64,000 nt of DNA from an uncultured bacterium (GTDB lineage Bacteria > Krumholzibacteriota > Krumholzibacteriia > Krumholzibacteriales > Krumholzibacteriaceae), in contig CBDUYR010000006.1 in assembly GCA_965371515.1 (NCBI GenBank), positions 4,475 through 68,474 of the forward strand, in the 5' to 3' direction. Shown here one piece after another: positions 50,672 through 61,570 of the stretch (the first letter of the stretch is position 1; each line of letters begins with the position of its first letter). A program made the position numbers and the translations under genes. Under the pieces are notes generated by a model. That model worked only from the letters and a program-made list of their open reading frames with translations, did no database searches and was not told the origin of the DNA.

Positions 50672-52669
50672 TCACTTTTTCCGGCCCGGATCTCCCCCCA
50701 GGCCGATCGGTTTATACGCAGTCCCGCCACCCATGAAGAACTTGCCGAAGAACTCGTAGTACTCCAGTCGGATGGCCTGGATAGTTACAACCAATCCCTC
50801 GAGGGCAATGATCACCGCATTGCCCAGGATAAATATCAGCGCCGCCCAGATCACCCCGCCGCTCTTCCCCTTGACGAGATCGACCATGTTGAAAACCGCT
50901 ATGAAGAGGCCGGCGTGCGCCAGCGCGAATGCTGCGACGCGGATGAACGAGACGGTGTTGCCGAGATATCCCGTGATTATCTCGATGACCTCTATCACCG
51001 ATTCCATCACATAGGTAGCCACGCCTGTCTCGAACCTCATCTTCCGCCTCCCGAACATCGCCGAGAGGGGCTCCCTGAGGAAGAAAAGCAGGATGGGCAG
51101 CACGATCCCGAATGCGACCAGCTGCAGTGGTACGGGCCTGTTCCTCATGAATATGGCTACCGCGCCTATCCCGCACCAGTACAGAATGGCGCTTATCAGT
51201 CCTGCGTGATCGAAGAAGGTCGCCTTGAAGTCACGCGCCCTGATCGCGTTGATCATGTTGAGCAGTATCCCGACCGAGATCATCCCCACCCCGAAGAAGA
51301 TCGCGAACTTGAAAAACCTTCCTATCTCGTGCATCGGAGAGAGCCACAGGTGCGGTATCCACGTCTCGACGCCGAAAATGCTCCCGTAGAGGAACCCGAA
51401 GACTATCGACGCGAGCCCGCAGTAGAAGCCGAGCTTGCCGACGAGGCGCACTCCTTCGCTCCGGTCGCCCCTGCGGAAACCTAGCAGCCAGCCTATCACG
51501 CAGAGCACTAACCCGTGCCCGACGTCGCCGAACATCATACCGAACATTATCAGGAACGATATCGCCACAAAAATGGTCGGATCGATGAACTTGTATTCGG
51601 GCAGGCCGTAACTCGAGACGAGCATCTCGAACGGCCTGAAGAAACCGGGGTTCTTCAGCATAACGGGGACCTTCAGGGCACCGCCCTTGACGCCTGTGAT
51701 CTCCTCCGGCGGGACGATCTCCACTATGGCCCGTCCCCTGGCAGCCCTCAGGATCTCAGTCTCGACATCGCGCTTGCGGTCGCTCGGCACCCACCCGGAG
51801 AAAATGTACGTCTTGCGCGTCTTCTTCAGGTAGCTCTTGACCTTCAGCAGCATCTCGGCGACCCGCAGCGACCTGTTGAACTCGGTCAGCACCGGTGCGT
51901 TCTCGCGCCTTACCTCGGCGAGCTTTTCCTTCAGATCGGCGATCTGATCCTTTATCTTCTCGATCCGCTCCTCGAGCTCACCGGTGACCAGGCCTGCTTC
52001 TTCCCTTGCCTCCTCACCGGCCGGCATCTCTATATCGTCGAAGGCCGCGTCACGCAGGATGCGCTTGAGCTTGAGACGGTCCGTCTTGAGGCCGATCAGC
52101 AGAACGAGCTCCCGGCCTTCACGCTGCGTCAACTGTATGACTATGGCGGCGAGCGGAGCGATCTTCTCGCGGATCAGCTCGAGGCTCTCGCCGCTTACAT
52201 GACCGTACCGGACCTCGAGGAATGTGTAGGGAGCCTTGTCGGGCGGCAGGCCTAGCTCGGTCAGCGGGGAGACCTCGTTGAGTATTCCCTGCATTCGCTC
52301 GAGGTGCACCTCGAGTTCCTTGCGGCGCAGGACAAGTCCCTCGACCTTTTTCTCAAGCTCGGTTATTTCATTTTCCATCTCGTCGAAATCAGCAATCGAG
52401 GTCTCGAGCAACTTCGTGTCGCCCTCCTCGAGGGGAAGTTCGCGGATACCGAGGTCCTTCATCAGATCGGTCACCCTGTTGTAGAGCCTGTCGATCTTCG
52501 ATGAGGCCTTGCCCGCCTCGAACTCTCCGAGCTCCTCCACCCATGGCTGGGACGCATCGAGCTGGACGAGATGGAGGATACCGAGCCGAACAATCGTCTT
52601 GGCGACATCATCGACCTCGGTCTCGAAGACCATCACATTGATCTGGTGCATTCGTTCGGGCGTAAACAT
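50672..52669 (-). CDS. ntpI: V/A-type ATPase subunit I/a
   Basis: YGLP..DPT, FGMMFGDVGHG, NTVSFIRVAAFALAH, RLEYYEFFGKF. Confidence 0.95.
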   Translation of the reverse strand: MFTPERMHQINVMVFETEVDDVAKTIVRLGILHLVQLDASQPWVEELGEFEAGKASSKIDRLYNRVTDLMKDLGIRELPLEEGDTKLLETSIADFDEMENEITELEKKVEGLVLRRKELEVHLERMQGILNEVSPLTELGLPPDKAPYTFLEVRYGHVSGESLELIREKIAPLAAIVIQLTQREGRELVLLIGLKTDRLKLKRILRDAAFDDIEMPAGEEAREEAGLVTGELEERIEKIKDQIADLKEKLAEVRRENAPVLTEFNRSLRVAEMLLKVKSYLKKTRKTYIFSGWVPSDRKRDVETEILRAARGRAIVEIVPPEEITGVKGGALKVPVMLKNPGFFRPFEMLVSSYGLPEYKFIDPTIFVAISFLIMFGMMFGDVGHGLVLCVIGWLLGFRRGDRSEGVRLVGKLGFYCGLASIVFGFLYGSIFGVETWIPHLWLSPMHEIGRFFKFAIFFGVGMISVGILLNMINAIRARDFKATFFDHAGLISAILYWCGIGAVAIFMRNRPVPLQLVAFGIVLPILLFFLREPLSAMFGRRKMRFETGVATYVMESVIEVIEIITGYLGNTVSFIRVAAFALAHAGLFIAVFNMVDLVKGKSGGVIWAALIFILGNAVIIALEGLVVTIQAIRLEYYEFFGKFFMGGGTAYKPIGLGGDPGRKK

Positions 52670-52682
52670 AGTCTTCCCCGGC

Positions 52683-53744
52683 TCAGAACGAGACCCTGAG
52701 GTGGCTCTCGATGGCGGCACGGTCCATCTTGTAGACCTTGCCGTTCAGTATCGTGATTATGTTGCGTATCTCCGTTCGCTTCAGTATGAGGTACGACAGT
52801 ACAGTCCCTATTGTAAAGGGAAAACCTCCCAGCGTGCGTTTCGCCTCGGCGATAAGGTAGTTCCACAGGAAGATCTCGAGCAGGTAGAGTTTGCTCAGCT
52901 CCTCTCCTTGCACGAGTATCTCCGAGGCGTTCTTGAGCGACTTCTCGAGAGCGAGGCTGAGCACTTCATTTATCGACTCGGCCTTGAAAGACTGGCGGAG
53001 CCTGTCGGTCGTCATCCTGTACCCGCCTGGTATGTTGTATTCGAAAAGGTCGCCGGTCGGAACGTCATAGTAGAACTTCAGCCGGATCAGCCATGCGAGG
53101 TTCTTCCTGTCGATCTCGAGGCCGATGAGCTTGCGCGCTATCTCTCTGTCCCTCTTCCCGAGAGCCGCGACCTGATCTTTCAGCCGCCTGTAGTAGTCGA
53201 TCTCGAGGTTTATCTCCACAGGGAAGAGGGTCTTCTTCTCCATGTAGTCGTCCATCACGGAGTATATCGCGTCGTGATAGGGCGTCCCGGTCATGTAGGA
53301 GACCGCGTCCTCCAGGGAACCGGCCTCGGTGATCGCCTGATATGGCAGCGAGTGGGGCAGCCTCTTGCGCACCATGTATTTCATCTCTTCGAGGTCGCGG
53401 CGACCCTCCCGTATCCTCAGCGCCGTCTTGAGGTTTTCAATCTCGTACTTCTCGAGAAAATGCGAAACGAGCGCCTTCTCGGCGCCCTTCAGGTCCTTAA
53501 GAAGCTCCGAGTGCCATTCGATCTCCCGCTCGAGGAGGAGGCGCTCGCCTACGCGCGCGTCGAACGCGATCTCGGGCTGCTCGAATATGTCCTCGTAGAT
53601 CGTTCCCGAGAGGGCCGAATAGAACTCGGCGAGGTCCCTCGCATCGGCCAGCCGGTCGATCTGCTCCGGACCGAGCAGCGTGCTGAGCCTCGCGCGCACC
53701 TTGGCATTGACTAGAGAATACTTGCTTAACGGCCTGAATATCAT
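52683..53744 (-). CDS. ntpC: V/A-type ATPase subunit C/d
   Basis: NAKVRAR, YEIENLKTALR, EIDRKNL, EIRNIITILNG. Confidence 0.9.
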   Translation of the reverse strand: MIFRPLSKYSLVNAKVRARLSTLLGPEQIDRLADARDLAEFYSALSGTIYEDIFEQPEIAFDARVGERLLLEREIEWHSELLKDLKGAEKALVSHFLEKYEIENLKTALRIREGRRDLEEMKYMVRKRLPHSLPYQAITEAGSLEDAVSYMTGTPYHDAIYSVMDDYMEKKTLFPVEINLEIDYYRRLKDQVAALGKRDREIARKLIGLEIDRKNLAWLIRLKFYYDVPTGDLFEYNIPGGYRMTTDRLRQSFKAESINEVLSLALEKSLKNASEILVQGEELSKLYLLEIFLWNYLIAEAKRTLGGFPFTIGTVLSYLILKRTEIRNIITILNGKVYKMDRAAIESHLRVSF

Positions 53745-53769
53745 CGCGCTGTTTCCGTGAGGGAGAAAC

Positions 53770-54087
53770 TTACTGGTCCGCGCCCTTTACGATATCGAGG
53801 ACCTTCGCCGCGGCTGCCTCGATCTGGACCGATTTGCTGGCGAGGAGTTCCCCGCTCCCGCCCTTGACCGCATCGACCTGCCGCTTCCGTTCGTCCTCGG
53901 CGTCTTTTCGGTATTTAGCGACGAGCTCCTGGGACTCTCTTATCGCGTCCTGGCGCCCCTTTTCGATGACGTCCCTCGACTGGGTCTCAGCCTCGCGCAC
54001 GATCTTCTGAGCCTCGGCGCGGGCGTTGTCGATCGACGCGCGGACCTCCGTCTCGGTCTCCATGATCTGCTTGACTATCTCTTTCAA
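53770..54087 (-). CDS. V/A-type ATPase subunit G/H (peripheral stalk)
   Basis: Short charged coiled coil, first gene of the operon. Confidence 0.75.
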   Translation of the reverse strand: MKEIVKQIMETETEVRASIDNARAEAQKIVREAETQSRDVIEKGRQDAIRESQELVAKYRKDAEDERKRQVDAVKGGSGELLASKSVQIEAAAAKVLDIVKGADQ

Positions 54088-54140
54088 GACCGCTCCAAGT
54101 CATTGAGTTTCAGCAAGTCCTGATCAGTGAATAATCGGAG

Positions 54141-54169
54141 AGTATAAAGAAGCACTATGGCAGTGTCAA
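54141..54169 (-). promoter_or_regulatory. Sigma70 promoter of the V/A-ATPase operon
   Basis: Minus strand TTGACA-17-TATACT. Confidence 0.75.
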
Positions 54170-55302
54170 CCGGCTAAAGGGGCCGTTGCCGGCCCTTTTC
54201 GCACCAGTTCTTCGATTACCGAGTCATATTCGCCCGCCATGATACTCCAGTCGAAGCGGCGGACATGTTCGCGCAGGGCCGGAGCGGGGCGAATAGATCG
54301 ATCCTCCAGGATACCGCGGAGTCTGGCAGTCATGTCTTCCTGGTCGTTGTAGACGTAAACGGGATTAAGATCCTCGGGAACGTGTCCCGGGAAGGCCAGC
54401 CTGCCGGGAAGAAGGGGATAGCACCCGCAGCAGATCGCCTGGACAGTGCTCGCTCCGAAGAAGTCGTGGTTCGAGGTCACCGGCAGGATGTCGGCCCTCC
54501 AGAGCCAGCTGGCGTACTCGGCGAAGTCCGCAGCGAAGCCGAACTGAACGATTCTCTTTCCGAGCCGCTGTTTTGCTTCATCGAATACCGGCGGATATTT
54601 CGAGAACGATTCGCCGAGAACGGCGACCTCGAACTCAAGGCCTTCATCCGCGAGAACGAATAGTGCTTCGAAGAAATCTTCAGGGTTCTTGTCGTACTCC
54701 CAGCGGTGATTCCAGAGGATCAGGGGAAGCGCGTTCTCTCCACCTGCCATCCTGTGACTGTCCAGAGCCGTGAGGTCGACACCGAGCGAAAGGACCGAAC
54801 TCTTCTCCCTTATCTTCTCTATCGATCCTTCCTCGTTATGATCGGGAAACGCATCGATGAATCCCGGCAGCTCGGATAGAAAGGAATCCATGTGATACTG
54901 CGAGTTGAACAGTACCGCGTCGGCGACAAGCGCCGATGTGTAGTTGATGAATCCGTAGTGGACGTCGCGCTCGAGGCCGGGATCGGGATCACCGTCAGAC
55001 CATGGATACGACAACTGGTTCTCGTGGAAGTAGATCGCGACAGGGGTCCCTGACGTCTTTTCCTTCGTAAGTGCGAGAAAGGTCGTCAGGTCGAGCATGT
55101 CGGTGGCGAGGATCAGATCGGGGGCGTGCCCCTCCTCGAGAAAGCGCCGTGCGAGAGTCACCGCCCCGCCGTGCATCCTCCACTTCCAGTGTCGGCCCTC
55201 AAGCCCGAGGATCTCGACCTCGTGCGCCGAGTACTTTGCGTACTCTCGCGCCCAGGCTTCATGAGAGCCGGTCAGAAAAGGTTCGACGATCAGGATCCTC
55301 AT
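54166..55302 (-). CDS. DUF3524/GTDC1-like GT-B glycosyltransferase
   Basis: EPFLTGSH, HWKWRMHG, YFHENQLSYP, WNHRWEYDKNP, HDFFG. Confidence 0.85.
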   Translation of the reverse strand: MRILIVEPFLTGSHEAWAREYAKYSAHEVEILGLEGRHWKWRMHGGAVTLARRFLEEGHAPDLILATDMLDLTTFLALTKEKTSGTPVAIYFHENQLSYPWSDGDPDPGLERDVHYGFINYTSALVADAVLFNSQYHMDSFLSELPGFIDAFPDHNEEGSIEKIREKSSVLSLGVDLTALDSHRMAGGENALPLILWNHRWEYDKNPEDFFEALFVLADEGLEFEVAVLGESFSKYPPVFDEAKQRLGKRIVQFGFAADFAEYASWLWRADILPVTSNHDFFGASTVQAICCGCYPLLPGRLAFPGHVPEDLNPVYVYNDQEDMTARLRGILEDRSIRPAPALREHVRRFDWSIMAGEYDSVIEELVRKGPATAPLAG

Positions 55303-55306
55303 TATC

Positions 55307-55774
55307 CTACTTCATCAGCTCCTTCAGGTCGGCCAGGACCTCGGACGAATGCTCGGGCGGCTTCACCTTCGGGTATACCTTCGCGACCTTCCCCTTCGGA
55401 TCGATAAGGTACGAGATCCTTACGATCCCCATATACTCGCGGCCGGCCATCTTCTTTTTCTGCCAGGCGCCGTACTTCTGTATCATCCCGGTACTCTCGT
55501 CAGATAGCAGTGTGAACGGCAGCGAGTGTTTGTCGGCGAAGTTGCGGTGGCTCTTGACCGAGTCCTTGCTCACGCCGAGTACGACGGCGCCGAGTTTCCT
55601 GAACGCGGACCAGTCGTCGCGTATCGCGCAGGCCTCCTTCGTGCACCCCGAGGTGTTATCCTTCGGGTAGAAGTAGACGAGCACCCACTTGTCCGCGTAA
55701 TCGGAGAGCCTGTGTTTCTTTCCGTCCTGATCCGGCAAATTGAACGCCGGCGCCTTCTTGCCGACCTCGAGCAT
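55307..55774 (-). CDS. bcp: Peroxiredoxin BCP/PrxQ
   Basis: YFYPKDNTSGCTKEAC; GGAGG RBS before ATG 55774. Confidence 0.92.
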   Translation of the reverse strand: MLEVGKKAPAFNLPDQDGKKHRLSDYADKWVLVYFYPKDNTSGCTKEACAIRDDWSAFRKLGAVVLGVSKDSVKSHRNFADKHSLPFTLLSDESTGMIQKYGAWQKKKMAGREYMGIVRISYLIDPKGKVAKVYPKVKPPEHSSEVLADLKELMK

Positions 55775-55788
55775 TGTCTTTCCTCCTT

Positions 55789-56142
55789 CTATACGTCTTT
55801 TCTCGTAAACACTTCGCTCCTGCCACCGGGTTCCTCCCCACCCATCGGAACGACGTGTATGTGAGCGTGCATCACAGTCTGGCCCGAAGACCTGCCGATG
55901 TTTATCCCTATCCTGTACCCGCCGGGAGAATATTTTTCGTCCAGGCTGCCCTTCGTTTTCTTTATCAGATCGAAACATGCCGCGACCTCTTCTTCGGTAA
56001 GATCGAAGAAAGATGCGATGTGCCGCTTCGGGATGACCAGCGTATGCCCCGGCCGGACGGGGTACTTGTCGGGAATCGCACGAGCCAGTTCGTTCTCGAA
56101 CAGGATCTTATCCGGCGAGCAGAACGGGCAGCCTCTTTCCAT
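55789..56142 (-). CDS. HIT-family hydrolase
   Basis: CPFC, GHTLVIPKRH, GQTVMHAHIHVVP. Confidence 0.9.
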   Translation of the reverse strand: MERGCPFCSPDKILFENELARAIPDKYPVRPGHTLVIPKRHIASFFDLTEEEVAACFDLIKKTKGSLDEKYSPGGYRIGINIGRSSGQTVMHAHIHVVPMGGEEPGGRSEVFTRKDV

Positions 56143-56876
56143 TACCGGATCACCACCGAGGCCTCGCCGTCGAACGGATTCATCCGAACGGCGAGAGAGA
56201 ACAGGTATGGATACCTGTTCTTGAGGTGTTTCATGTACTTGATCCACTCTACGAGCAGACTCGAACGGGCCCTGCGGATGTCGCCCTTCAGATGCTGGAT
56301 ATCCTTCTCCGGAAGATCCTCGAATCCCGGTCTGTTCTCGAGCTCCTCGGCGAGGTGAAGCAGCGCCCACAGCAGATCGGTGAACGTCTCGTGCTCGAGA
56401 AGGTTCTGGTTCTGCAGCAGAGCCAGAAGAAACGATTTCTTCGACAATAGCAATTCTGAGAGCTCGACAAGGTCCTCTGGCCCGACCTGCGGTTCGAATC
56501 CCGACGTGGAGAGCTCAGCGACCAGCCCGTCGAACCTGCTGTCCGGCCATTTCGCCGACAGCATCAGCTTTTCATCCGGCATCGATGTATCCAGCCTGGA
56601 GAATATCCTCAGCAACTTCGTCCCCACTTCGGTGTAAAACGCCCCGATCACCATGTTGAGCTTCTTCATCATCGCACGCTTCTCCCTGTAGGAAAGAGCG
56701 CTGTGTATGATGAGCGTCACGATAAGGACCTCGATCGGGACAAAGGCAAGATCGTGAAGCATGAACAGGAAAATATGGTGCTTGTCGTGAAAGACAGCGT
56801 AATGCAGAAGATAGAGAGCCGCCGACAGCACTATCAGAAACAGCCCGAGGAATATCTGCCACCGGTACTTCTTCAA
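56142..56876 (-). CDS. Conserved hypothetical membrane protein
   Basis: 2 [43 protein letters not shown]. Confidence 0.7.
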   Translation of the reverse strand: MKKYRWQIFLGLFLIVLSAALYLLHYAVFHDKHHIFLFMLHDLAFVPIEVLIVTLIIHSALSYREKRAMMKKLNMVIGAFYTEVGTKLLRIFSRLDTSMPDEKLMLSAKWPDSRFDGLVAELSTSGFEPQVGPEDLVELSELLLSKKSFLLALLQNQNLLEHETFTDLLWALLHLAEELENRPGFEDLPEKDIQHLKGDIRRARSSLLVEWIKYMKHLKNRYPYLFSLAVRMNPFDGEASVVIR

Positions 56877-58933
56877 TCTTTTCTCCTCTCGATCTCTTCG
56901 AGTCGTTTTTTCATGTCGGCCATTCCGACGGCCGGCGCGGCGCATCGGAAGTTCTCGCATATGTACGCCGTCGGCTTCCCGTCTACAGCAGTCATACCCT
57001 CGAGCATCGGGGCGATCGCGGTGATCTCACTCGCTCCCTCTCCCACAGGCCTGAAGAGCGTCACCGATCTCGGCATGAAGCGTTCGGCCAGCATGCGGAT
57101 CATTGATTCCGTATCGTTCGTGCTGCGCTCGCCGGCGATCACGTACTCCCTGCCGGGACCCAGTGCGAAGTCGAGGGCGATCAGCACCTGCGTATAGGCT
57201 GTCGGTGACCCGGAGACCGGCCCCGAAAACTCCTCGAGAAGGGCGTCCGCGACCGATTCCAGATCGGTCCTGCCCGTCATCCTTCCGAGCCTCAGGAGAC
57301 AGAGCGCAGCGACCGAGTTTCCAGATGGGACGGCGCCGTCGTAAATTTCCTTCGTTCTCACGATGAGCTTTTCCGCGTCGCTGCCGGTGAAGAAGAATCC
57401 GCCTTTTTCATCGTCGCTGTCGCTGAAGAGTTCGATCATCCCGCCGGCCAGCACCAGTGCTTCGGACAGCCACTTAGCCTCGAATGTCGCCTCGTACAGC
57501 TCTATCAGTCCCCATATGAGAAAGGCATAGTCGTCGAGATATCCCGGGATGGCCGATTCCCCGTCTCTGTAACGATGCAGCAGCCTGCCCTCGGAGGTCC
57601 GCATCCCGCCGAGAATAAAATCGGCCGCCTTCGCCGCCGCCTCAGCGTAATCGGTCTGGCCTGTGACCCGCGCTCCCCTCGCCAGCGCGGCGATCATCAG
57701 CCCGTTCCAGTCGGCAAGGACCTTGTCGTCGAGCATCGGCCGAGGCCTCTTCGAGCGGATCTCGAGAAGCTTCGCCCGCATCTCGCCGAGCGATTCCTCG
57801 CCGGTTTCTACTTCGCTCGCTATATGCAATACGTTCTTCCCCTCGAAGTTGCCGTTGCCGGTGACGCCGTACCGCATGCAGAAGATCTTCCCGTCCTCCT
57901 TCCCGAGCGCCTCCATGATCTCCTGCTTCGTCCAGACGTAGAAGGTTCCCTCTTCGCCCTCGCTGTCTGCATCCTCCGCAGAGTAGAAACCAGCCTCCGG
58001 TGAGGTCAGGTCACGAAGCACGTACGCAAATATCTCCTCCGCTACGGCGCCGTAGAATCTGTTCCCCGTCGCCTGCTGTGTCTCGAGATACGCCATGGCG
58101 AGCATCGCCTGGTCGTAGAGCATCTTCTCGAAGTGGGGCACGAGCCACATCGCGTCGGTCGAATACCTGTGGAATCCCTTCCCGAGATGATCGTATATAC
58201 CGCCGCCGTACATCTTCCTCAGGGTAGTCCCGACGATGTCGAGCGCCTTCTCATCGCCCGTCCTCTCCCAATACCTTAAAAGCAGAGACAGCTGGTGCGG
58301 CGTGGGAAACTTCGGCGCTCCGCCGAAACCGCCGTGGACCTCGTCGTATGAAGCCTCGAGTCTTGAGTATGCCGTCGCGAGAGTCTTCTCCGAGAGATTC
58401 TTCTCGTCGCCGGTGAACGAGAAGCTCTCCAGCGCCGCCGCCGCGTTGTCGCCTATGTTCTCGAGCCTCTCTCGGTCGTTCTTCCACAGCGACGCCATGT
58501 GGGGAACAAGTTCGAGCATACCGGGCCGGCCGTACTTCGATCTCTTCGAGAAATATGTACCCGCGAAGAAGGGCTTTCCCCCGGGGGTCATGAATACCGT
58601 CAGCGGCCATCCCCCCGAACCGGTCATCGCCTGGCAGACCTTCATGTAGATGTTGTCGATGTCGGGGCGTTCCTCGCGGTCGACCTTAATGGAAATAAAA
58701 TCCTCATTGAGCAGACGGGCTACCGTCTCGTCCTCGAACGACTCGTGCTCCATCACGTGGCACCAGTGGCATGACGAGTACCCGATCGAGAGGAAGATCG
58801 GTTTGTTCTGCTCCCTGGCCGCGGCGAAGGCCTCGTCTCCCCACGGGTACCAGTCGACCGGATTGTCGGCGTGCTGAAGAAGATAAGGACTCTTTTCACC
58901 GGCCAGCCTGTTCCTGCCGGGGCTGTCTTTCAT
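56873..58933 (-). CDS. YyaL/SPATA20-like thioredoxin-domain protein
   Basis: [35 protein letters not shown]. Confidence 0.92.
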   Translation of the reverse strand: MKDSPGRNRLAGEKSPYLLQHADNPVDWYPWGDEAFAAAREQNKPIFLSIGYSSCHWCHVMEHESFEDETVARLLNEDFISIKVDREERPDIDNIYMKVCQAMTGSGGWPLTVFMTPGGKPFFAGTYFSKRSKYGRPGMLELVPHMASLWKNDRERLENIGDNAAAALESFSFTGDEKNLSEKTLATAYSRLEASYDEVHGGFGGAPKFPTPHQLSLLLRYWERTGDEKALDIVGTTLRKMYGGGIYDHLGKGFHRYSTDAMWLVPHFEKMLYDQAMLAMAYLETQQATGNRFYGAVAEEIFAYVLRDLTSPEAGFYSAEDADSEGEEGTFYVWTKQEIMEALGKEDGKIFCMRYGVTGNGNFEGKNVLHIASEVETGEESLGEMRAKLLEIRSKRPRPMLDDKVLADWNGLMIAALARGARVTGQTDYAEAAAKAADFILGGMRTSEGRLLHRYRDGESAIPGYLDDYAFLIWGLIELYEATFEAKWLSEALVLAGGMIELFSDSDDEKGGFFFTGSDAEKLIVRTKEIYDGAVPSGNSVAALCLLRLGRMTGRTDLESVADALLEEFSGPVSGSPTAYTQVLIALDFALGPGREYVIAGERSTNDTESMIRMLAERFMPRSVTLFRPVGEGASEITAIAPMLEGMTAVDGKPTAYICENFRCAAPAVGMADMKKRLEEIERRKD

Positions 58934-58948
58934 ATGCGGATCTTCCCT

Positions 58949-59767
58949 TCAGAGCCCGTCGAAATCGGCTCCCCTGATCACCCTGCCCGCTCCGAGTCTC
59001 ACGTAGCGGTCGCCGTAACGTTCCATAAAATACTCGATGCTCTCGTCGCCGGTGCAGTGCGAGGCACCGCAGTACCTGACCCCGTTCTTCTCGAACACGG
59101 AGACTATTTCGTCCAATCTCGTCTTCTCCGCACCTCGCAGATGGAACCCTCCCATAACAAACAGGGCATTCTCTCCCGTCACATCAACGGCCTTTTCCAT
59201 GATCCTGTCTATTCCCGGATGGGCGCATCCGGCGATGACAACGGCACCGCTATCTGTGACAAGCGCGAGTGACTGTTCCCTTACGGGGCCGGCCATATCG
59301 CCGGTCGAGTACACGCCGGGAATGATCTCCACCGAACCCTTCACCTCTATGAGGCCGGAACATTTTCCCTTCACGCCCTCCTTGAACTCCTTCGAGAACG
59401 ATGCGGGGATGTATACTTCCACTTCGGGGTTCTTCTCGAGGAATGCATCGAGGCCGCCGATGTGATCCCAGTGCTCGTGCGAGATCACGACGATTTCTAT
59501 ATCGGACGGTGAAATGCCGGCCTCCGCGAGATTATTCATGAAAACGTCGCCCTTGCCGCCAGTATCGAAGAGGATCGTCTTCCCTCCTCCCTCGACCACG
59601 CAGGAGAATCCCCACTGTGCCTCGAATCCCTCTTCAGGATCGGCATTGTCGTAGATTATCCGTATAGACAGCTTGTCGAGCGGCAGCATGTTCTCTCCCT
59701 CCGTCCCGCCGGCCCCACCGGCAGACCAGGCTGCCAGAAGCGCCGCGGCGGCGATGACCCGGACCAT
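58949..59767 (-). CDS. MBL-fold metallo-hydrolase with signal-like N-terminus
   Basis: ILFDTG, SHEHWDHIGG, GCAHPG, GGFHL, SHCTG. Confidence 0.85.
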   Translation of the reverse strand: MVRVIAAAALLAAWSAGGAGGTEGENMLPLDKLSIRIIYDNADPEEGFEAQWGFSCVVEGGGKTILFDTGGKGDVFMNNLAEAGISPSDIEIVVISHEHWDHIGGLDAFLEKNPEVEVYIPASFSKEFKEGVKGKCSGLIEVKGSVEIIPGVYSTGDMAGPVREQSLALVTDSGAVVIAGCAHPGIDRIMEKAVDVTGENALFVMGGFHLRGAEKTRLDEIVSVFEKNGVRYCGASHCTGDESIEYFMERYGDRYVRLGAGRVIRGADFDGL

Positions 59768-60028
59768 TGTGCGCTTTTTAATCAGGCGACCTCCCGCCGG
59801 TATTACTGCATATGTGAAAAGGAAACGGCCGCCAGGCCGTCCCACTCACAATACTACACGGCGAAGAATAATTCCCGGTTATTTTGACGGATTCAACCGT
59901 ATTAATGAGGGCGCTCGCAGACTCTACGAGCATTCAATGGCATCGAGGTTCTAACGAGCTCATTCGTATACTCCTGGATCCTCGTTGCTGTCCTTGCGCG
60001 TGACGGAAAGGCAAGTGCAGACAAGACC

Positions 60029-60089
60029 GTCTGACAACGGCTTGCAGTTGACGGCGCGTCGCGCTGCAGCTGATGCTGAAACGCTCGCC
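60029..60089 (+). mobile_element. Degenerate integron attC-like site
   Basis: GTCTGAC-AACGGC-TTGCAGTTGACGGCGCG-T-CGCGCTGCAGCTGA-TGCTGAAAC-GCTCGCC; imperfect palindrome, upstream ORF fragment stops in the left box. Confidence 0.45.
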
Positions 60090-60120
60090 CTGGACGTATG
60101 ACATCCATGTACCACAAGCT

Positions 60121-61533
60121 TTACTCGTCGAACGCCGAGCGCATCGGGTCCCATGCAGGGATCCTCTCCGGCTCGGTGTCGAGGAGCTTCAGGGTCTTCT
60201 TGGGGACATGGCGCTTGTGCACGATGACAGTGTAGACATACCTGTCGAACCAGTCGTCGTACATCGCCCAGTACCCCTTGTCGCCGTTTTTCGTTCCCCA
60301 CGAGTTCTCGACGAGCCACTTGACCGGCTTGTCGTCCTTACGGTCGATACCGACGAATACCATCGCGTGGTTCGGGGTGGAGTGCCTGTAGGTGACCATC
60401 TGCTCCTTCGTGAGCTCACGTTCAAAGCCGAAGAGTCCATCATAGTCGTAGATCCCGACCTTGAGGATACCCTTTTCACCGTAGTTCTCCTTGCCGATAT
60501 CGGCGGCGAACCAGACCGGCTCTCCGTCGAGAACGGCACGCTCAGCGAGCTCCTTCATTTCATTTACGCCGAGGTTGAGGAATCCCATGTCCTCCTCGTC
60601 GCTGAAGTTCCTGCAGAAATTCAGACGATAGAACTTCCCGTACTCGTACGCCGGGTGGTCCATGACGGTCACGTAATCGCCGAGATCCACGCCCACCGCG
60701 TCCTTGTAGAACGATTTCGGCGTGAACTCCTCCTCGATGATCTCGTCGTCCTTGTTCTTCACCCTCCACACGAAATGCTCGGGCGGGACGCCGAAGTGCA
60801 GGGCCAGTATCCGGTATACGTCTGCGAGCATATCCTTCTTCGCAGCGCGGAGTTCCTCTGCCGAGACGCCTGCGGCCGCCATCTCGCGCAGTGCTGCCGC
60901 GTCATGTCGCATCATTCCGCCCAGGATGCCGTTTATCCTTCGGGTGGCGCTGCTGTGCTTCGTCTCCGTGCTGACCGACTGGGGAACGGCGCCGTACTTG
61001 TCGATGAGGGCCACGACATAATTCCACCAGCCGCCGTCGGGCACGGGATCCTTCAGTATCGCCTGGAGCTCGCGGTCGTCTATGTCGCGGTCGGTTGTTT
61101 CTATTATCGTTTCGAGGAACATGTTCGCCTTTTCGAGCTTGTCCCAGAAGAAGAGGTGGTTCTCGGAGAACTCGAACTCGGAGATGTTGTATTTCTTCAT
61201 AACGGCTGGACGCATCACGTTGAATCCCGCGAAGAGCCAGCAGCGGCCGGTGCTCTTCTGGTTGGTGATACCCTCGGCATCCACCTTGAACGTGTATATG
61301 TCGTCGTGTTTGTTGATCATCTCCCTGTCGAGCGCGAGATCCTTCAGGTCGTTGTTGGATATCGCGTTCATCATGGCGCGATCTTTTCCGTCCGGATCGA
61401 ACGATTTCTGCAGCTCCGCAATCAGTCCATTGTCCAACTCTCCCTTTTTACCGGCACTGGCGCCCGAAGCAAAAAACGAGAGAGCCATGACGAGGACGAG
61501 CAATGCCGCGATGCGGGTCCTGGTCGTCAGCAT
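60121..61533 (-). CDS. pepC: C1B cysteine aminopeptidase (PepC/bleomycin hydrolase-like), with signal peptide
   Basis: NQKSTGRCWLF, DGGWW, NHAMV, VENSWG. Confidence 0.9.
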   Translation of the reverse strand: MLTTRTRIAALLVLVMALSFFASGASAGKKGELDNGLIAELQKSFDPDGKDRAMMNAISNNDLKDLALDREMINKHDDIYTFKVDAEGITNQKSTGRCWLFAGFNVMRPAVMKKYNISEFEFSENHLFFWDKLEKANMFLETIIETTDRDIDDRELQAILKDPVPDGGWWNYVVALIDKYGAVPQSVSTETKHSSATRRINGILGGMMRHDAAALREMAAAGVSAEELRAAKKDMLADVYRILALHFGVPPEHFVWRVKNKDDEIIEEEFTPKSFYKDAVGVDLGDYVTVMDHPAYEYGKFYRLNFCRNFSDEEDMGFLNLGVNEMKELAERAVLDGEPVWFAADIGKENYGEKGILKVGIYDYDGLFGFERELTKEQMVTYRHSTPNHAMVFVGIDRKDDKPVKWLVENSWGTKNGDKGYWAMYDDWFDRYVYTVIVHKRHVPKKTLKLLDTEPERIPAWDPMRSAFDE

Positions 61534-61570
61534 AAGGCTCCTTTCGATGAACCGGATGATCGTGTCGTAT

